A stretch of DNA of 64,000 nt from Candidatus Cloacimonadota bacterium (GTDB lineage: Bacteria > Cloacimonadota > Cloacimonadia > JGIOTU-2): positions 128,001 to 192,000 of the forward strand of contig JBNGBT010000003.1 in the NCBI GenBank assembly GCA_049903315.1. The letters run 5' to 3'. The notes under the pieces are model-generated. The model made no database searches, was not told the DNA's origin, and was given only the letters and a program-made list of their open reading frames with translations. Positions 29,616 through 39,377 of the stretch are shown one piece after another (the stretch's first letter is position 1; every line of letters begins with the position of its first letter). Position numbers and translations under genes: made by a program.

Positions 29616-29669
29616 ATGCGTTAAGAATTTTTATAAAGAGAAATTTGAAACTTGAAATTCGAAACTGGA
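29616..29669. repeat. Diverged direct repeat, copy 3, with heptamer array
   Basis: ATGCGTTAAGAATTTTTATAAAGAGAAATTTGAAACTTGAAATTCGAAACTGGA aligns with 28677-28733. Confidence 0.8.
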
Positions 29670-29717
29670 GAGAGGATTGAAAGGAATCAGGTTATTCTAA
29701 AATTATGTCCCGATATG

Positions 29718-31166
29718 TTACATCAATCCAAGGGCTTTTGCAATGCCGTCACCGTAGGCGGTATCAGCTTTTCGGAAATGGACGACCATCTTTTGCTGGA
29801 TTTCTTTTGGAACTTTCTTCAGGGTACCGGTAATATTGTCAATCAGCTCCTTCTGCTGCTTTGGGGACATCAATCTGTAGAGATTGCCGGGCTGCTTGTA
29901 ATCATCATCCACACCACGCTTTTGCTCGTAGCGGTCAGCGTCACCGGAAATCTTCAGCGGCGGTTCGTTATATGCGTGGTCTTCTGTAGGACCGCCGAAG
30001 CTGTTCGGCTCGTAGTTCGGACCAGGTCCGCCATTGTCATCAAACCGCATGTGCCCATCCCGCTGGTAGGGATTCTCTACTTTTGTTGCATGGGGTGCGT
30101 TCACAGGCAGGCGTTCGTAGTTGACGCCCAAACGGTAGCGGTGAGCATCCGCATATGAGAAGATGCGCGCCTGCAGCATTTTGCATGGAGAGAAGGATAT
30201 TCCCGGCACTACATTCGCCGGTGAGAAGGCAGCTTGCTCGATTTCTGCAAAGTAGTTTTCGGGATTTCGGTTCATTTCCATTACGCCAACTTCGATAAGG
30301 GGATAGTCGCCATGGGGCCACACCTTGGTAAGATCAAAGGGATTCCATTTGTAATTTTTGGCTTCCTCTTCGGGCATGATCTGGACGTATAAGGTCCACT
30401 TCGGGTACTCGCCGCGCTCGATTGCATCGAACAATTGGATTGTGTGATAGTCCGGACTTTCTCCTGCAATTCTGCTGGCTTCTTTCGGTGGTAGGCACTG
30501 GATTCCCTGCTGGGTCTTAAAATGAAACTTAACCCAGAACCTCTCATTCTTGGCATTGATGAAGCTGAATGTATGGCTTCCGTAGCCGTTCATGTAGGGA
30601 ATGCCTTTTGGTATTCCTCGCTCTGAGAACAGAATGGTTACCTGGTGCAGTGATTCCGGAACTTGGGACCAGAAATCCCATTGCATTGTGTCGTTCTTGG
30701 CGTTTGTTTGAGGATCGCGTTTCTGGGTGTGGATGAAATCAGGAAATTTGATGGCATCCCGGATGAAAAATACCGGCGTGTTGTTTCCGACCAGATCCCA
30801 GTTCCCTTCTTCTGTGTAAAATTTCAGTGCAAAGCCGCGAACATCCCTCACTGTGTCTGCAGATCCTTTCTCACCTGCTACGGTAGAAAATCGTCCCAAA
30901 ACCTCAGTCTTCTTGCCGACTTCTGAGAAAATTTTTGCTTTCGTGTATTTGGTGATATCGTGAGTTACGGTGAAAGTTCCATGCGCCCCAGCCGCTTTAG
31001 CGTGTACGACGCGTTCGGGAATTCGCTCGCGGTTGAAGTGTGCCAGTTTTTCCAGCAGATAATGGTCCTGCAGGAGTGTGGGACCGCGTTTTCCGGCTGT
31101 CAGGGATGTCTGGTTGTCAGGAACGGGAATCCCGGCAGCAGTTGTGAGTATCTTTTTTTTACCCAT
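29718..31166 (-). CDS. katA: Monofunctional small-subunit heme catalase
   Basis: [57 protein letters not shown] before MGKKK. Confidence 0.96.
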   Translation of the reverse strand: MGKKKILTTAAGIPVPDNQTSLTAGKRGPTLLQDHYLLEKLAHFNRERIPERVVHAKAAGAHGTFTVTHDITKYTKAKIFSEVGKKTEVLGRFSTVAGEKGSADTVRDVRGFALKFYTEEGNWDLVGNNTPVFFIRDAIKFPDFIHTQKRDPQTNAKNDTMQWDFWSQVPESLHQVTILFSERGIPKGIPYMNGYGSHTFSFINAKNERFWVKFHFKTQQGIQCLPPKEASRIAGESPDYHTIQLFDAIERGEYPKWTLYVQIMPEEEAKNYKWNPFDLTKVWPHGDYPLIEVGVMEMNRNPENYFAEIEQAAFSPANVVPGISFSPCKMLQARIFSYADAHRYRLGVNYERLPVNAPHATKVENPYQRDGHMRFDDNGGPGPNYEPNSFGGPTEDHAYNEPPLKISGDADRYEQKRGVDDDYKQPGNLYRLMSPKQQKELIDNITGTLKKVPKEIQQKMVVHFRKADTAYGDGIAKALGLM

Positions 31167-31331
31167 GTGTTCTCCTTTTATTGGTTTTAACGTTTTCATC
31201 TTTATAAGCCTACAATATTTTTCTACTCTCAGTATATTTTAAGTCAATATATTTTTTGGAAAGAAGTAGGATGGTGTAGAGTGATACTCTTAATTTAATA
31301 TTTGAAATTTAAAATTGGTTGAAGGATTGTC

Positions 31332-31901
31332 TTACAGTTTTACTATCCACATCAACTCTATCTCGTTAGGAAATTCTTTGTAGGCAAATCTATTTATTTT
31401 TTCTAGCCGGCATCCCTGCTTTTGGTAAAATTTACATGCAGATACGTTAATATTTTGAGTTTCAATTTTAAGTTCTGTACACTTCCTGCCTTTTGACCAT
31501 TTAATTGCTGATTCGAATAACTTTTTACCAATCCCTTTTCTGCGGAAATCCGGGTGGACTCGCAAATCCCACAAAACAGCAATATCGTCCTGCCCTTCGA
31601 GCTTATGCACGCCATCAGTATTGTAGGCAAGTACACACCCGCCGATCCAGCGTTCGTCCATGTGTGCAACGAGCATTCCCCAGTTGGAAATATCCCATTG
31701 CTCAGCCCATCGAACAGGTTCCTCACCTTTTATCGCATCTTAATTTTTAATCCAAGGTTCAGCTACATGTTTCTCAATGAGTTTCGCAGTAGCAGGATCT
31801 TTTCCACAGACTTCGTACACACTTTTCACCTCGAAACGGATCGGAATTTTTCCGTATTCGGAGAGCATGCTCATAGGCTTTTCATCAATTTTGATATTCA
31901 T
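31332..31901 (-). pseudogene. GNAT acetyltransferase (streptothricin-acetyltransferase-like) interrupted by in-frame TAA at 31740-31742
   Basis: The frame of ORF 31332-31676 continues upstream: MNIKIDEKPMSML...EPWIKN*DAIKGEEPVRW...WGMLVAH; GNAT motif DLRVHPDFRRKGIG and ETQNINVSACKFY. Confidence 0.8.
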
Positions 31902-31924
31902 GTTGGTTTCTTATGCAGATTACA

Positions 31925-32122
31925 TCACTTCTTCCAGTGGTCTACCAGCAATATACCACCTGTTCCGATATTCTCCGGTGGATTTTCTTTTATCTGTACT
32001 ATGAAGGCTTCTCTTGGGATTTTCTCAAAAGTCTCGCACACTAAATCTGTCAGCTTCTTTACGAGTTCCCGCTTCACTTCGATATCTTTAATGACCGGTC
32101 CTTCAAATGTAATTATCGGCAT
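31925..32122 (-). CDS. 4-oxalocrotonate tautomerase family protein
   Basis: Catalytic Pro-1 (MPIITFEG), KRELVKKLT, ENPPENIGTGG; GGAG RBS. Confidence 0.9.
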   Translation of the reverse strand: MPIITFEGPVIKDIEVKRELVKKLTDLVCETFEKIPREAFIVQIKENPPENIGTGGILLVDHWKK

Positions 32123-32176
32123 ATTAATTTCTCCATTTTATTCCACTGTATTTATTTTCTGTTTATCTTATATCGA

Positions 32177-33127
32177 TTATTGAGATTCAAATTCCTTTGC
32201 ACTGACGTTTTTAATAAGAATATCGCGCTCGTTGATCGAAGGTATTGTATTTGGGGGCATCGGAAGCGTTGTTTCACTCACCACAAATTCTGTAAGTGTA
32301 ACTCTCTGCACCCAATTAGATTCGAGGTCTTTATAAATATCTCCCATGTAATGAGAGGTTCCAACGGTGACGATCTCGAAGTTAGGTGCCGGTTGGGATA
32401 TCATTTTGTAGGTACTCTCACCGGAATCGTACTCAAGAAGAGCGCAGGTTTTGCCGTTTACAATGCCAAGCCCTTTGAATTCCAAGGTAATTTCACCATT
32501 CTTGAAGTATGAGCCCTCGGCAATATTGCTGCCAAGATTTGTTGGAGGTTCTGAATTCGCTGCAGCATGAACAATCTTCTGCCCGATCTTCGTTAGCTTC
32601 TGGATGCCGTTGCCTTCGGGAGTTTTCTCTGCAAACACATTGCAAAAAGAATGAAAGTCGATAAATGCATTGTACACATGATAGGATTTATCTGGCGGGA
32701 TTGGATTTCCATTACTGTCTGTCAAATTATCAAATTTACTGTGATCGATCCCGAAAACCTGCCCATTTTCGTCAATATCATCATGGAAAATATATGACCA
32801 ATGTGCGAGTGCAGGTATCTGGATTTCTGGGGTATCTCCAAGCTGAATGGTAAATTGTGTACAGGTATATTTATAACCTTCATCAACATTATTAGAAGGG
32901 ATACATTTGAGATGCAAACGGAATGTGTCGGTGCCGGCACGTGTGCCATCCAGTGAATAATTGATGAGTTTTGATTCCATAATATAGTACTGAATTTCCT
33001 TTGTGCGTTCACCAGCAAGACCAAATTCTTTATCCATTATTGAATTGATTTGAGCTTCGGCAGTGTTTACAAAAACACACAAAGTTATGATGCTGAATAG
33101 TAGACATGGTAAGAACTTAATTTTCAT
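32177..33127 (-). CDS. Secreted hypothetical protein
   Basis: Signal peptide MKIKFLPCLLFSIITLCVFVNTAEA with GAGG RBS. Confidence 0.75.
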   Translation of the reverse strand: MKIKFLPCLLFSIITLCVFVNTAEAQINSIMDKEFGLAGERTKEIQYYIMESKLINYSLDGTRAGTDTFRLHLKCIPSNNVDEGYKYTCTQFTIQLGDTPEIQIPALAHWSYIFHDDIDENGQVFGIDHSKFDNLTDSNGNPIPPDKSYHVYNAFIDFHSFCNVFAEKTPEGNGIQKLTKIGQKIVHAAANSEPPTNLGSNIAEGSYFKNGEITLEFKGLGIVNGKTCALLEYDSGESTYKMISQPAPNFEIVTVGTSHYMGDIYKDLESNWVQRVTLTEFVVSETTLPMPPNTIPSINERDILIKNVSAKEFESQ

Positions 33128-33330
33128 TGTTTTGACCTCGAAATTATATTTTATTATATACCTAAGCTTACTAAGTTGCTTCATGTATTTTATTCTTCTT
33201 AATATCTCAAATTATTCGTCAATTATTTCATGGGACTGGAATTGGGGATTTCGAAAAAATATTCAATAAATCTTGCCTATAAAAATTCTTTTTTGTAATC
33301 ATTGTGAACAGATTTTTCCAAGAGGTATTC

Positions 33331-34080
33331 ATGAAGTATACGGTTTTAGGTTCGGGTTCCTGTGTTCCCGAAACGAAGAAAAATTCATCGGGCGGTTTGC
33401 TCGATGTGGGAGAAATCCTTATGCTGGTGGACTGCGGAACAGGTGTGCTTCATACTATTCCCAGGTCCGGTTATGATTACACACAGATTGACGCCGTATG
33501 CCTGACACACCTTCATCTTGACCATGTAAATGATTTCGGCGCACTTCTTTTTGCCATGAATCATGATCCTGAATGTCATAGAGAAAAAGAACTGTTTGTT
33601 ATCGCACCAATTGGATTCACGCAATTTTTTGAGAACCTCAAGCAGTTATATGGCGGCACACTTGACACACCTTATGATGTAGTGATCAGGGAAATGGGAA
33701 ATGAGGAGTTTGATTATGGTGACATACATATACAGACGCTGCAGACTTTTCATACTGAGAACAGCATTGGATATAGGTTTACTTATAATGGAAAAGTGGT
33801 TTGCATTTCCGGTGATACGAGCTATAACGAAAATATAGTTACACTTTGCAGAGATGCAGATCTCGCAGTACTGGAATGTTCATTTCCGCAAATGCAGGAA
33901 GAAGGTATTCATCTTAATCCTAAGCTTATCTCTAAGATCGTGACAGAAGCTCATGTAAAGGAAGTGCTGCTTACCCATCTTTACCCTCATACTGAGGACT
34001 ATCCAATAGTTGAGTATATAACCAGGGAATATGATGGAGATATTGCGATTGCTCAGGTGGGGAAAACCTATAAGATATAG
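33331..34080 (+). CDS. Metallo-beta-lactamase-fold hydrolase, RNase Z/BN-like
   Basis: VLGSG, VDCG, THLHLDH, SGDT, LECS, LTHLY; AGAGG RBS. Confidence 0.88.
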   Translation: MKYTVLGSGSCVPETKKNSSGGLLDVGEILMLVDCGTGVLHTIPRSGYDYTQIDAVCLTHLHLDHVNDFGALLFAMNHDPECHREKELFVIAPIGFTQFFENLKQLYGGTLDTPYDVVIREMGNEEFDYGDIHIQTLQTFHTENSIGYRFTYNGKVVCISGDTSYNENIVTLCRDADLAVLECSFPQMQEEGIHLNPKLISKIVTEAHVKEVLLTHLYPHTEDYPIVEYITREYDGDIAIAQVGKTYKI

Positions 34081-34114
34081 GATTTTAATTGTTACAGGAT
34101 GGGTAATTTAAATA

Positions 34115-34145
34115 AGGGACTCTTCGCTCTTTGCAAAGAATCCCT
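34115..34145 (-). terminator. Intrinsic terminator of partner-switching operon
   Basis: Minus-strand 13-bp stem AGGGATTCTTTGC-AAAGA-GCGAAGAGTCCCT (two G-U) followed by TATTT, between convergent genes. Confidence 0.7.
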
Positions 34146-34168
34146 AAAAATAACAAATATTTTTGAAC

Positions 34169-34504
34169 TTATTCCAAAATTTTGAGTGCGTCTTCCTTTG
34201 TATCAACAATTGTGAAGATTGGAGTAAATCCTGAGATTTCAAAGATCTCTTTGATGAAATCTTTCATGCTGCAGAGAATGATCTCTCCTTTATTGTTGCG
34301 TAATTTTTTTGCAGCAAGGAGAAGCAAACGCAGCCCGGCACTGCTGATATAGTCCAGAGCGGAAAAATCAAGAATGAGCTTTTTCTCTCCTCCGTCGATC
34401 ATGGGGATAAGGACACTTTCCAACTCTCCGGACGTGTTTGCATCAAGACGTCCAATCAGGTTGAGAATTGCAATTTCTCCATGTTTAACTTGCTTAATTT
34501 CCAT
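34169..34504 (-). CDS. STAS anti-sigma-factor antagonist (RsbV/SpoIIAA-like)
   Basis: GRLDA, LDFSALDYISSAGLR with phosphoacceptor Ser; GGAGG RBS. Confidence 0.93.
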   Translation of the reverse strand: MEIKQVKHGEIAILNLIGRLDANTSGELESVLIPMIDGGEKKLILDFSALDYISSAGLRLLLLAAKKLRNNKGEIILCSMKDFIKEIFEISGFTPIFTIVDTKEDALKILE

Positions 34505-34544
34505 GTAATCCTCCAATAATGGATAAGAAATTTTTCAATTTCCT

Positions 34545-34970
34545 TTAGTTCGAATTTTTCAAGAATTTTGTCAATGTTAAGATATTTTTATCTTCTACCC
34601 TTCGATATTTTATTATATCCATAAGCTTTTTTACAAGGTAAATGCCGAGTCCGCCTATGGGTCTTTCTTCGACAGAATGTTTCAGGTGAACCGGATCCTC
34701 TTTCAGTTCAGGATTGAATGCAATGCCATCATCTATAAAAACAAGCTTGAGCTCATGTTCCTTAAGATAAAATTGAACTTCTATGATATGTTTCGCATTA
34801 TCATCAAAACCGTAGGAGATAATATTGGTAATGAGTTCGTCAAGACAGAGAGAAATATCATAAATAATACGTTGCGACAAATCATTTTCTTCTGCAAAAA
34901 TTTCAAATTTCTCTATTACATGCGAAATCTCAGGGAGTGAATTCTTTATGTGTAGTATTAATGATTTCAT
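34545..34970 (-). CDS. Anti-sigma factor Ser kinase (RsbW/SpoIIAB-like)
   Basis: N-box DELITNIISYG, DDGIAFNP, GGLGIYLVKKLMD. Confidence 0.92.
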   Translation of the reverse strand: MKSLILHIKNSLPEISHVIEKFEIFAEENDLSQRIIYDISLCLDELITNIISYGFDDNAKHIIEVQFYLKEHELKLVFIDDGIAFNPELKEDPVHLKHSVEERPIGGLGIYLVKKLMDIIKYRRVEDKNILTLTKFLKNSN

Positions 34971-34977
34971 GTGAACC

Positions 34978-36324
34978 TCACATCCTGTAATGAAGGACGA
35001 GAATGGCTATATCGTCAAATTGCACCGCATCACCCTGGAAGTCATAGACATCTTCAATGACCTGCATGCTTGTCTCCTTCGGAGGGCAATTACTGCATTC
35101 GGACAAGAGATTTTCCAGGCGCTGAAGTGTAAATTGTTCATCTTTGATATTCGTTGCTTCATTCACCCCGTCAGTGAAGATGAACATTTGATCATTCTGT
35201 TTCATGTATACAGATTTTGTTTCAAACTCAAAATCATCAAGAACGCCAAGTGCAATTCCCTTTGTGTTAGGAATTTTTGTGACAGTGCCATCGTTATGGA
35301 TGATATAGGGAATATTATGCCCTGCATTTGAATAGACAACTTCTCCTGTTTCGATATCCAGGATACCTAGAAATACAGTGACGAACATACTCGATTCGTT
35401 TTCTTCGCAAAGCATGTTATTTACTTGAGAAAGAATATCGGCAGAGGACATGCCCGATTGTGCATGAGCTTTAATCAAGGTTTTGGTGACAGCCATAAAC
35501 AGTGAGGCAGGAACGCCTTTTCCAGATACATCTCCTTCGCAAAAACACATATGTGTATCATCGAGAAAGAAGAAATCATAAAGATCACCGCCCACTTCCT
35601 TTGCCGGCTCGATTATCGCAAAAAGGTCGAATTCCGGACGTTCGGGGAAGGGGGGGAATATCTTTGGTATGATACCCATCTGTATGTCATGTGCAATGCG
35701 CAGATCATGCTCGATCTTTGCTTTATCGGACTCTGTTCTGCGCTCCTTTACAAGGTTCCTGGCAATAAAGATGAATATTGCAATACCCACACCATTTGCG
35801 AGCACCATAGGAAACACTGCATTTCTAATGATTGCCCAGGTCTGAGTAACTGTTCCGGTATGAAGACTCCAGAAATATGCGAGTTCCATGTGAAAGATTT
35901 CGAGAAGAACCGCGAAGATGATCGCACCGGGTATGGTGATGATTTTTTTCTTTCTTACAAGATATATAATCCCGCCGAAGAGCCCGGCACAGAGTGTTGC
36001 TGCAGAACAGGGAACGCATGTGACACCTCCCTGAAAGAAGCGGTGGACAGCACCGATCAAACCTGCACCGACACCAACAAGCGGACCTGCGATCAGTCCT
36101 GCAATTGCCGGACCAAGATCCCTGATATTTGCAGTTGCATCAAATAACTTTATTCCACTCAGTGTTCCATAAATAGAGAACAACCCAAAAATAACAGAGA
36201 GAATTACCCCATTTTTCAGGGTTATTTTTTTCTCAATTATGACTTCGGAATACAGTTTTGTACGCGTAAGCACATAAGCAATCACGATGAGCACTGCCAT
36301 ATGATTGATAAGTGAAATGCCCAT
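34978..36324 (-). CDS. 5TM-5TMR_LYT (LytS/YhcK-type) sensor fused to SpoIIE/PP2C phosphatase
   Basis: FSIYGT, ANIRD, AGLIAGP, GAVHRF; C-terminal PAKEVGGDLYDF, GDVSGKG, NAGH, FTDGV, FDDI. Confidence 0.92.
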   Translation of the reverse strand: MGISLINHMAVLIVIAYVLTRTKLYSEVIIEKKITLKNGVILSVIFGLFSIYGTLSGIKLFDATANIRDLGPAIAGLIAGPLVGVGAGLIGAVHRFFQGGVTCVPCSAATLCAGLFGGIIYLVRKKKIITIPGAIIFAVLLEIFHMELAYFWSLHTGTVTQTWAIIRNAVFPMVLANGVGIAIFIFIARNLVKERRTESDKAKIEHDLRIAHDIQMGIIPKIFPPFPERPEFDLFAIIEPAKEVGGDLYDFFFLDDTHMCFCEGDVSGKGVPASLFMAVTKTLIKAHAQSGMSSADILSQVNNMLCEENESSMFVTVFLGILDIETGEVVYSNAGHNIPYIIHNDGTVTKIPNTKGIALGVLDDFEFETKSVYMKQNDQMFIFTDGVNEATNIKDEQFTLQRLENLLSECSNCPPKETSMQVIEDVYDFQGDAVQFDDIAILVLHYRM

Positions 36325-36325
36325 T

Positions 36326-36694
36326 CTAGTCCTTAGCCTTTACATTATGATGCAGTGCCAACCACACCGTCTTTTCATCAGGAACTGTCCATTCAACTCT
36401 ATGATATATGCCAGCTGGAATTGTAAGATGATCTCCGGGAATAAGGGCTTGTATGTGACCGTTGGACTTAAATTTTAATTTTGCGGCACCACTCAGGAGC
36501 AGCACCCATTCGTCTGTATCTTCACAAAGCCATGTTTCTTTTGGGGTGGTCTGTCCTATGGTTATTATTCTTTCAAGAAGGAAATCCTTATTCTTGAGAA
36601 TATTTTCAAAATATTCATTCTCAAGATTTTCAGGAATCTTTTCGAAGATGTTATTGATTACAGGGATGTCCACAGGGTGTTTCGCAATCTTCAT
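36326..36694 (-). CDS. Cupin-domain protein
   Basis: LLERIITIGQ, DEWVLLLSG, PGDHLTIPAGIYHRVEWT; start uncertain. Confidence 0.8.
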   Translation of the reverse strand: MKIAKHPVDIPVINNIFEKIPENLENEYFENILKNKDFLLERIITIGQTTPKETWLCEDTDEWVLLLSGAAKLKFKSNGHIQALIPGDHLTIPAGIYHRVEWTVPDEKTVWLALHHNVKAKD

Positions 36695-37442
36695 CTTTAG
36701 CTGGTTCAATTTTTCCAAACCATTTTTTATGAATGAAATCATAGGTGCCGTTATTCTTCAACTCGGTCATGCCCTTGTTTATGAATTCAAGAAGCTTAGT
36801 ATCGTTTTTGTCCACAGCAAGATACATATAACTTATCTCCAGAGGTTCTTCTGCTGAGGTAATTTCTCTATACTCATTTTTCTTTATGATATACATTGCA
36901 ACGCTTGTTGGTCCAACAAATGCATCTACTACATTGTTGTTTAATGCATATAATGCATCGTATTCGGACTCTGTAGGAATAAGGTATATCTCATCATTTT
37001 GGGAAAGCTGTTCTTCATAATAACTTCTCTTCTGCACGGCCACTCTTTTTCCGGAAAGTGCATCGATAGAGTTTAATGAGTTATCCTTGGAAAATATCCT
37101 AATCTCATCGATCAAATAGGGCTCATCGGAGAAGTCATATATTTCTTCTCTTTCGGGAGTTTTGTCCATCTGGGACATTAGATCGACCTTTACTCCTTTA
37201 CGCAATGAAACCAGTGCATCACTCCACTTAAATTCTGTTGGGGTAAATCCATAGATGGTTCCTTCAAACATCGGGGTGAGGATGTCTATGTCAAAACCTA
37301 CCGGCTCGCCGTTTTCAATAAAAGAAAAGGGTGCATGGGTTTTATCAAAAGCAAAGACAATACCTCGTTCTTTGGCTGATAAAGCAAAAGTGAGTGACAA
37401 TAGAATAGTGATTATTACTAACAGAATTGATGTCTTTTTCAT
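36651..37442 (-). CDS. Extracellular solute-binding protein family 3 (polar amino-acid type)
   Basis: Signal peptide, HAPFSF, GFDID, TPERE..YDFS, LSGKRVAV, NGTYDFI.KKWF. Confidence 0.88.
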   Translation of the reverse strand: MKKTSILLVIITILLSLTFALSAKERGIVFAFDKTHAPFSFIENGEPVGFDIDILTPMFEGTIYGFTPTEFKWSDALVSLRKGVKVDLMSQMDKTPEREEIYDFSDEPYLIDEIRIFSKDNSLNSIDALSGKRVAVQKRSYYEEQLSQNDEIYLIPTESEYDALYALNNNVVDAFVGPTSVAMYIIKKNEYREITSAEEPLEISYMYLAVDKNDTKLLEFINKGMTELKNNGTYDFIHKKWFGKIEPAKDEDCETPCGHPCNQ

Positions 37443-37457
37443 TATATTACTCCTAAA

Positions 37458-39377
37458 TTATTTTTCTCTTTTTAATAGAAGAATCGTGATATCGTCAAAC
37501 TGATTATCCTTCTGGAATCCTTCAAGGTCTTCTGTAACGACATCGAGAATTTCGACCAATGATTTATCGGCATTCTCGCTGAGTATTTTGAGAAATCTTT
37601 TTTCACCGTAAAGCTCTTGCCCTGGAGAAGTTGCCTCAATCACACCATCGGTGTACAGCACCATTTTTTGTCCGATCTCCAATTGTGCGTCGCCTTCGTG
37701 GTATGTATGGAATTCATTGATACCGAGTGCAATGTCTTTAAAGGTTTTCAATATCTTGTATGAGCCGTCTTCAGAGAGGATTATTGGTTCATCATGCCCG
37801 GCATTTGTCCATTTCATTTTTCCTGTTCTGATATTATAGATAGCAAGGAAAAGCGTGGTGAACATGCATGCGTCATTATCCTGGCAGAGTACAATATTTG
37901 CTTTTTCCATAGCTTCTGCTGGTGGAACGCCTTGCACGCACACGGTTTTCATAAGTGTTCTTGTCACAGCCATGAAAAGCCCTGCGGAAATACCTTTGCC
38001 CGAAACATCAGCAATTATTACTGCAATGTTATCTTCATCAAGCATAAAGAAGTCAAAGAAGTCACCGGCAACCTCTTTTGCAGGAATGTTCCGTGCATAG
38101 AGGTCGAATTCTTCAGTATCAGGGAAAGGCGGGAATATTCGCGGAAGAAGGGATTCCTGTATCTGCCTGGCAATACGAAGTTCACTTTCCACAGATTCTT
38201 TTGCTTTAGTCGCAACGGTCAGGTCAGAGATATAATGTTTCAGGTCATAGGTCATTTTATTGAATGCTTTTACGAGCTCATGAATTTCATCATGCCCCCG
38301 TATGCCAGTTATCTTTTCATCGAGATCGCCTTGGGATATCTTACTGGCAAAGCTGAGTAACCTTTTTATCGGATTAGTGATGCCAAATGCAGCCCACAGG
38401 ATAACAAGGAGGATTATAACGAGTCCTATGACCATAATAGTAATCTGCCGGATCACCATGGAATTAACAGTTTTCATAATCTCTTTATCTGGGATCACTG
38501 CTGCAAAACTCCAATCACAGTCCGGAATTGGCGAATAAACCAACCATTGTTTTTTACCTGTAACTACATTGCTGAATGTTGTAATGCCCTGTTCTCCAGC
38601 AATCATTTTTTTGCCGATCTCGCGCAATTCAGGTTGCTCATCTTCCTCAGCAAGACTGAAGATGCTTTCGTTCATCATGTATTCTTTTATTGGATGATAG
38701 ATGAACGTGCCTGTTCTCGTAATGATAAATGTATGCCCTGCCATAATGCGGATGTTGTTCATTTCTCTCTCGAGATCATCGAGGGAAATATCAGCAGTGG
38801 AAACGCCAATAAATTTCTCGTCTTTATACATCGGCTGAGAATAGGTTGCCATGAGAATATTTGTGCCACCCTCATCAAAGTACGGTTCTCCCCAGTAGGA
38901 TGTTCCAAGCAGTTTAGGTATCATGAACCAGTCTTGGAGCGTGTAATCATAACTTAGTGCAAGATCAACATCCCGGATCTCATCATCCGAGCGATACACA
39001 TACGGCGAGAAAAGTTTCATCTTAATATAAACTAATGGTTCAAATGCAGTTGCCATGCCGTAAATATCACTATTCTCACCTAATTTCTTTTTCATCAGAG
39101 CATACAACTCATTTTTCGTTGGCGTGGAGAATTCATCGATCGCATCCGCAATACCCATCGAAGCCTGGGAGACTTTTATAAATTTTCCATCAAGCATAGA
39201 GGCATGATGCGAGGTGAGTTCAAAGAGGTATTCCTTCATTTGTTTCAGCGCATTATCACCACTCCAGAAATATGTGAATAGTATAACAATAACATATACT
39301 AGCAAAAGCGGAAGACCGATCCAGAGAAGAAGCTTACGAACCAAAGGACGTTTGACTTTTACTTTTTCACTTTTCAT
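37458..39377 (-). CDS. dCache + HAMP + SpoIIE/PP2C membrane phosphatase
   Basis: Two TM; dCache (WGEPYFDEGG, ATYSQP); HAMP (PIKRL...DEIHEL); PP2C motifs (PAKEVAGDFFD, ADVSGKG, YTDGV, FDDIT). Confidence 0.92.
   Translation of the reverse strand: MKSEKVKVKRPLVRKLLLWIGLPLLLVYVIVILFTYFWSGDNALKQMKEYLFELTSHHASMLDGKFIKVSQASMGIADAIDEFSTPTKNELYALMKKKLGENSDIYGMATAFEPLVYIKMKLFSPYVYRSDDEIRDVDLALSYDYTLQDWFMIPKLLGTSYWGEPYFDEGGTNILMATYSQPMYKDEKFIGVSTADISLDDLEREMNNIRIMAGHTFIITRTGTFIYHPIKEYMMNESIFSLAEEDEQPELREIGKKMIAGEQGITTFSNVVTGKKQWLVYSPIPDCDWSFAAVIPDKEIMKTVNSMVIRQITIMVIGLVIILLVILWAAFGITNPIKRLLSFASKISQGDLDEKITGIRGHDEIHELVKAFNKMTYDLKHYISDLTVATKAKESVESELRIARQIQESLLPRIFPPFPDTEEFDLYARNIPAKEVAGDFFDFFMLDEDNIAVIIADVSGKGISAGLFMAVTRTLMKTVCVQGVPPAEAMEKANIVLCQDNDACMFTTLFLAIYNIRTGKMKWTNAGHDEPIILSEDGSYKILKTFKDIALGINEFHTYHEGDAQLEIGQKMVLYTDGVIEATSPGQELYGEKRFLKILSENADKSLVEILDVVTEDLEGFQKDNQFDDITILLLKREK

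Noticed and set aside
26536..29669. Repeats as CRISPR array or integron attC sites
   Set aside because: Spacing is gene-sized and irregular, there are no RYYYAAC/GTTRRRY palindromic ends, and no cas or intI gene
29652..30158. 168-aa antisense ORF over catalase, and the many other short nested or antisense ORFs in the track
   Set aside because: Shadow frames of well-supported genes, with no motifs or RBS
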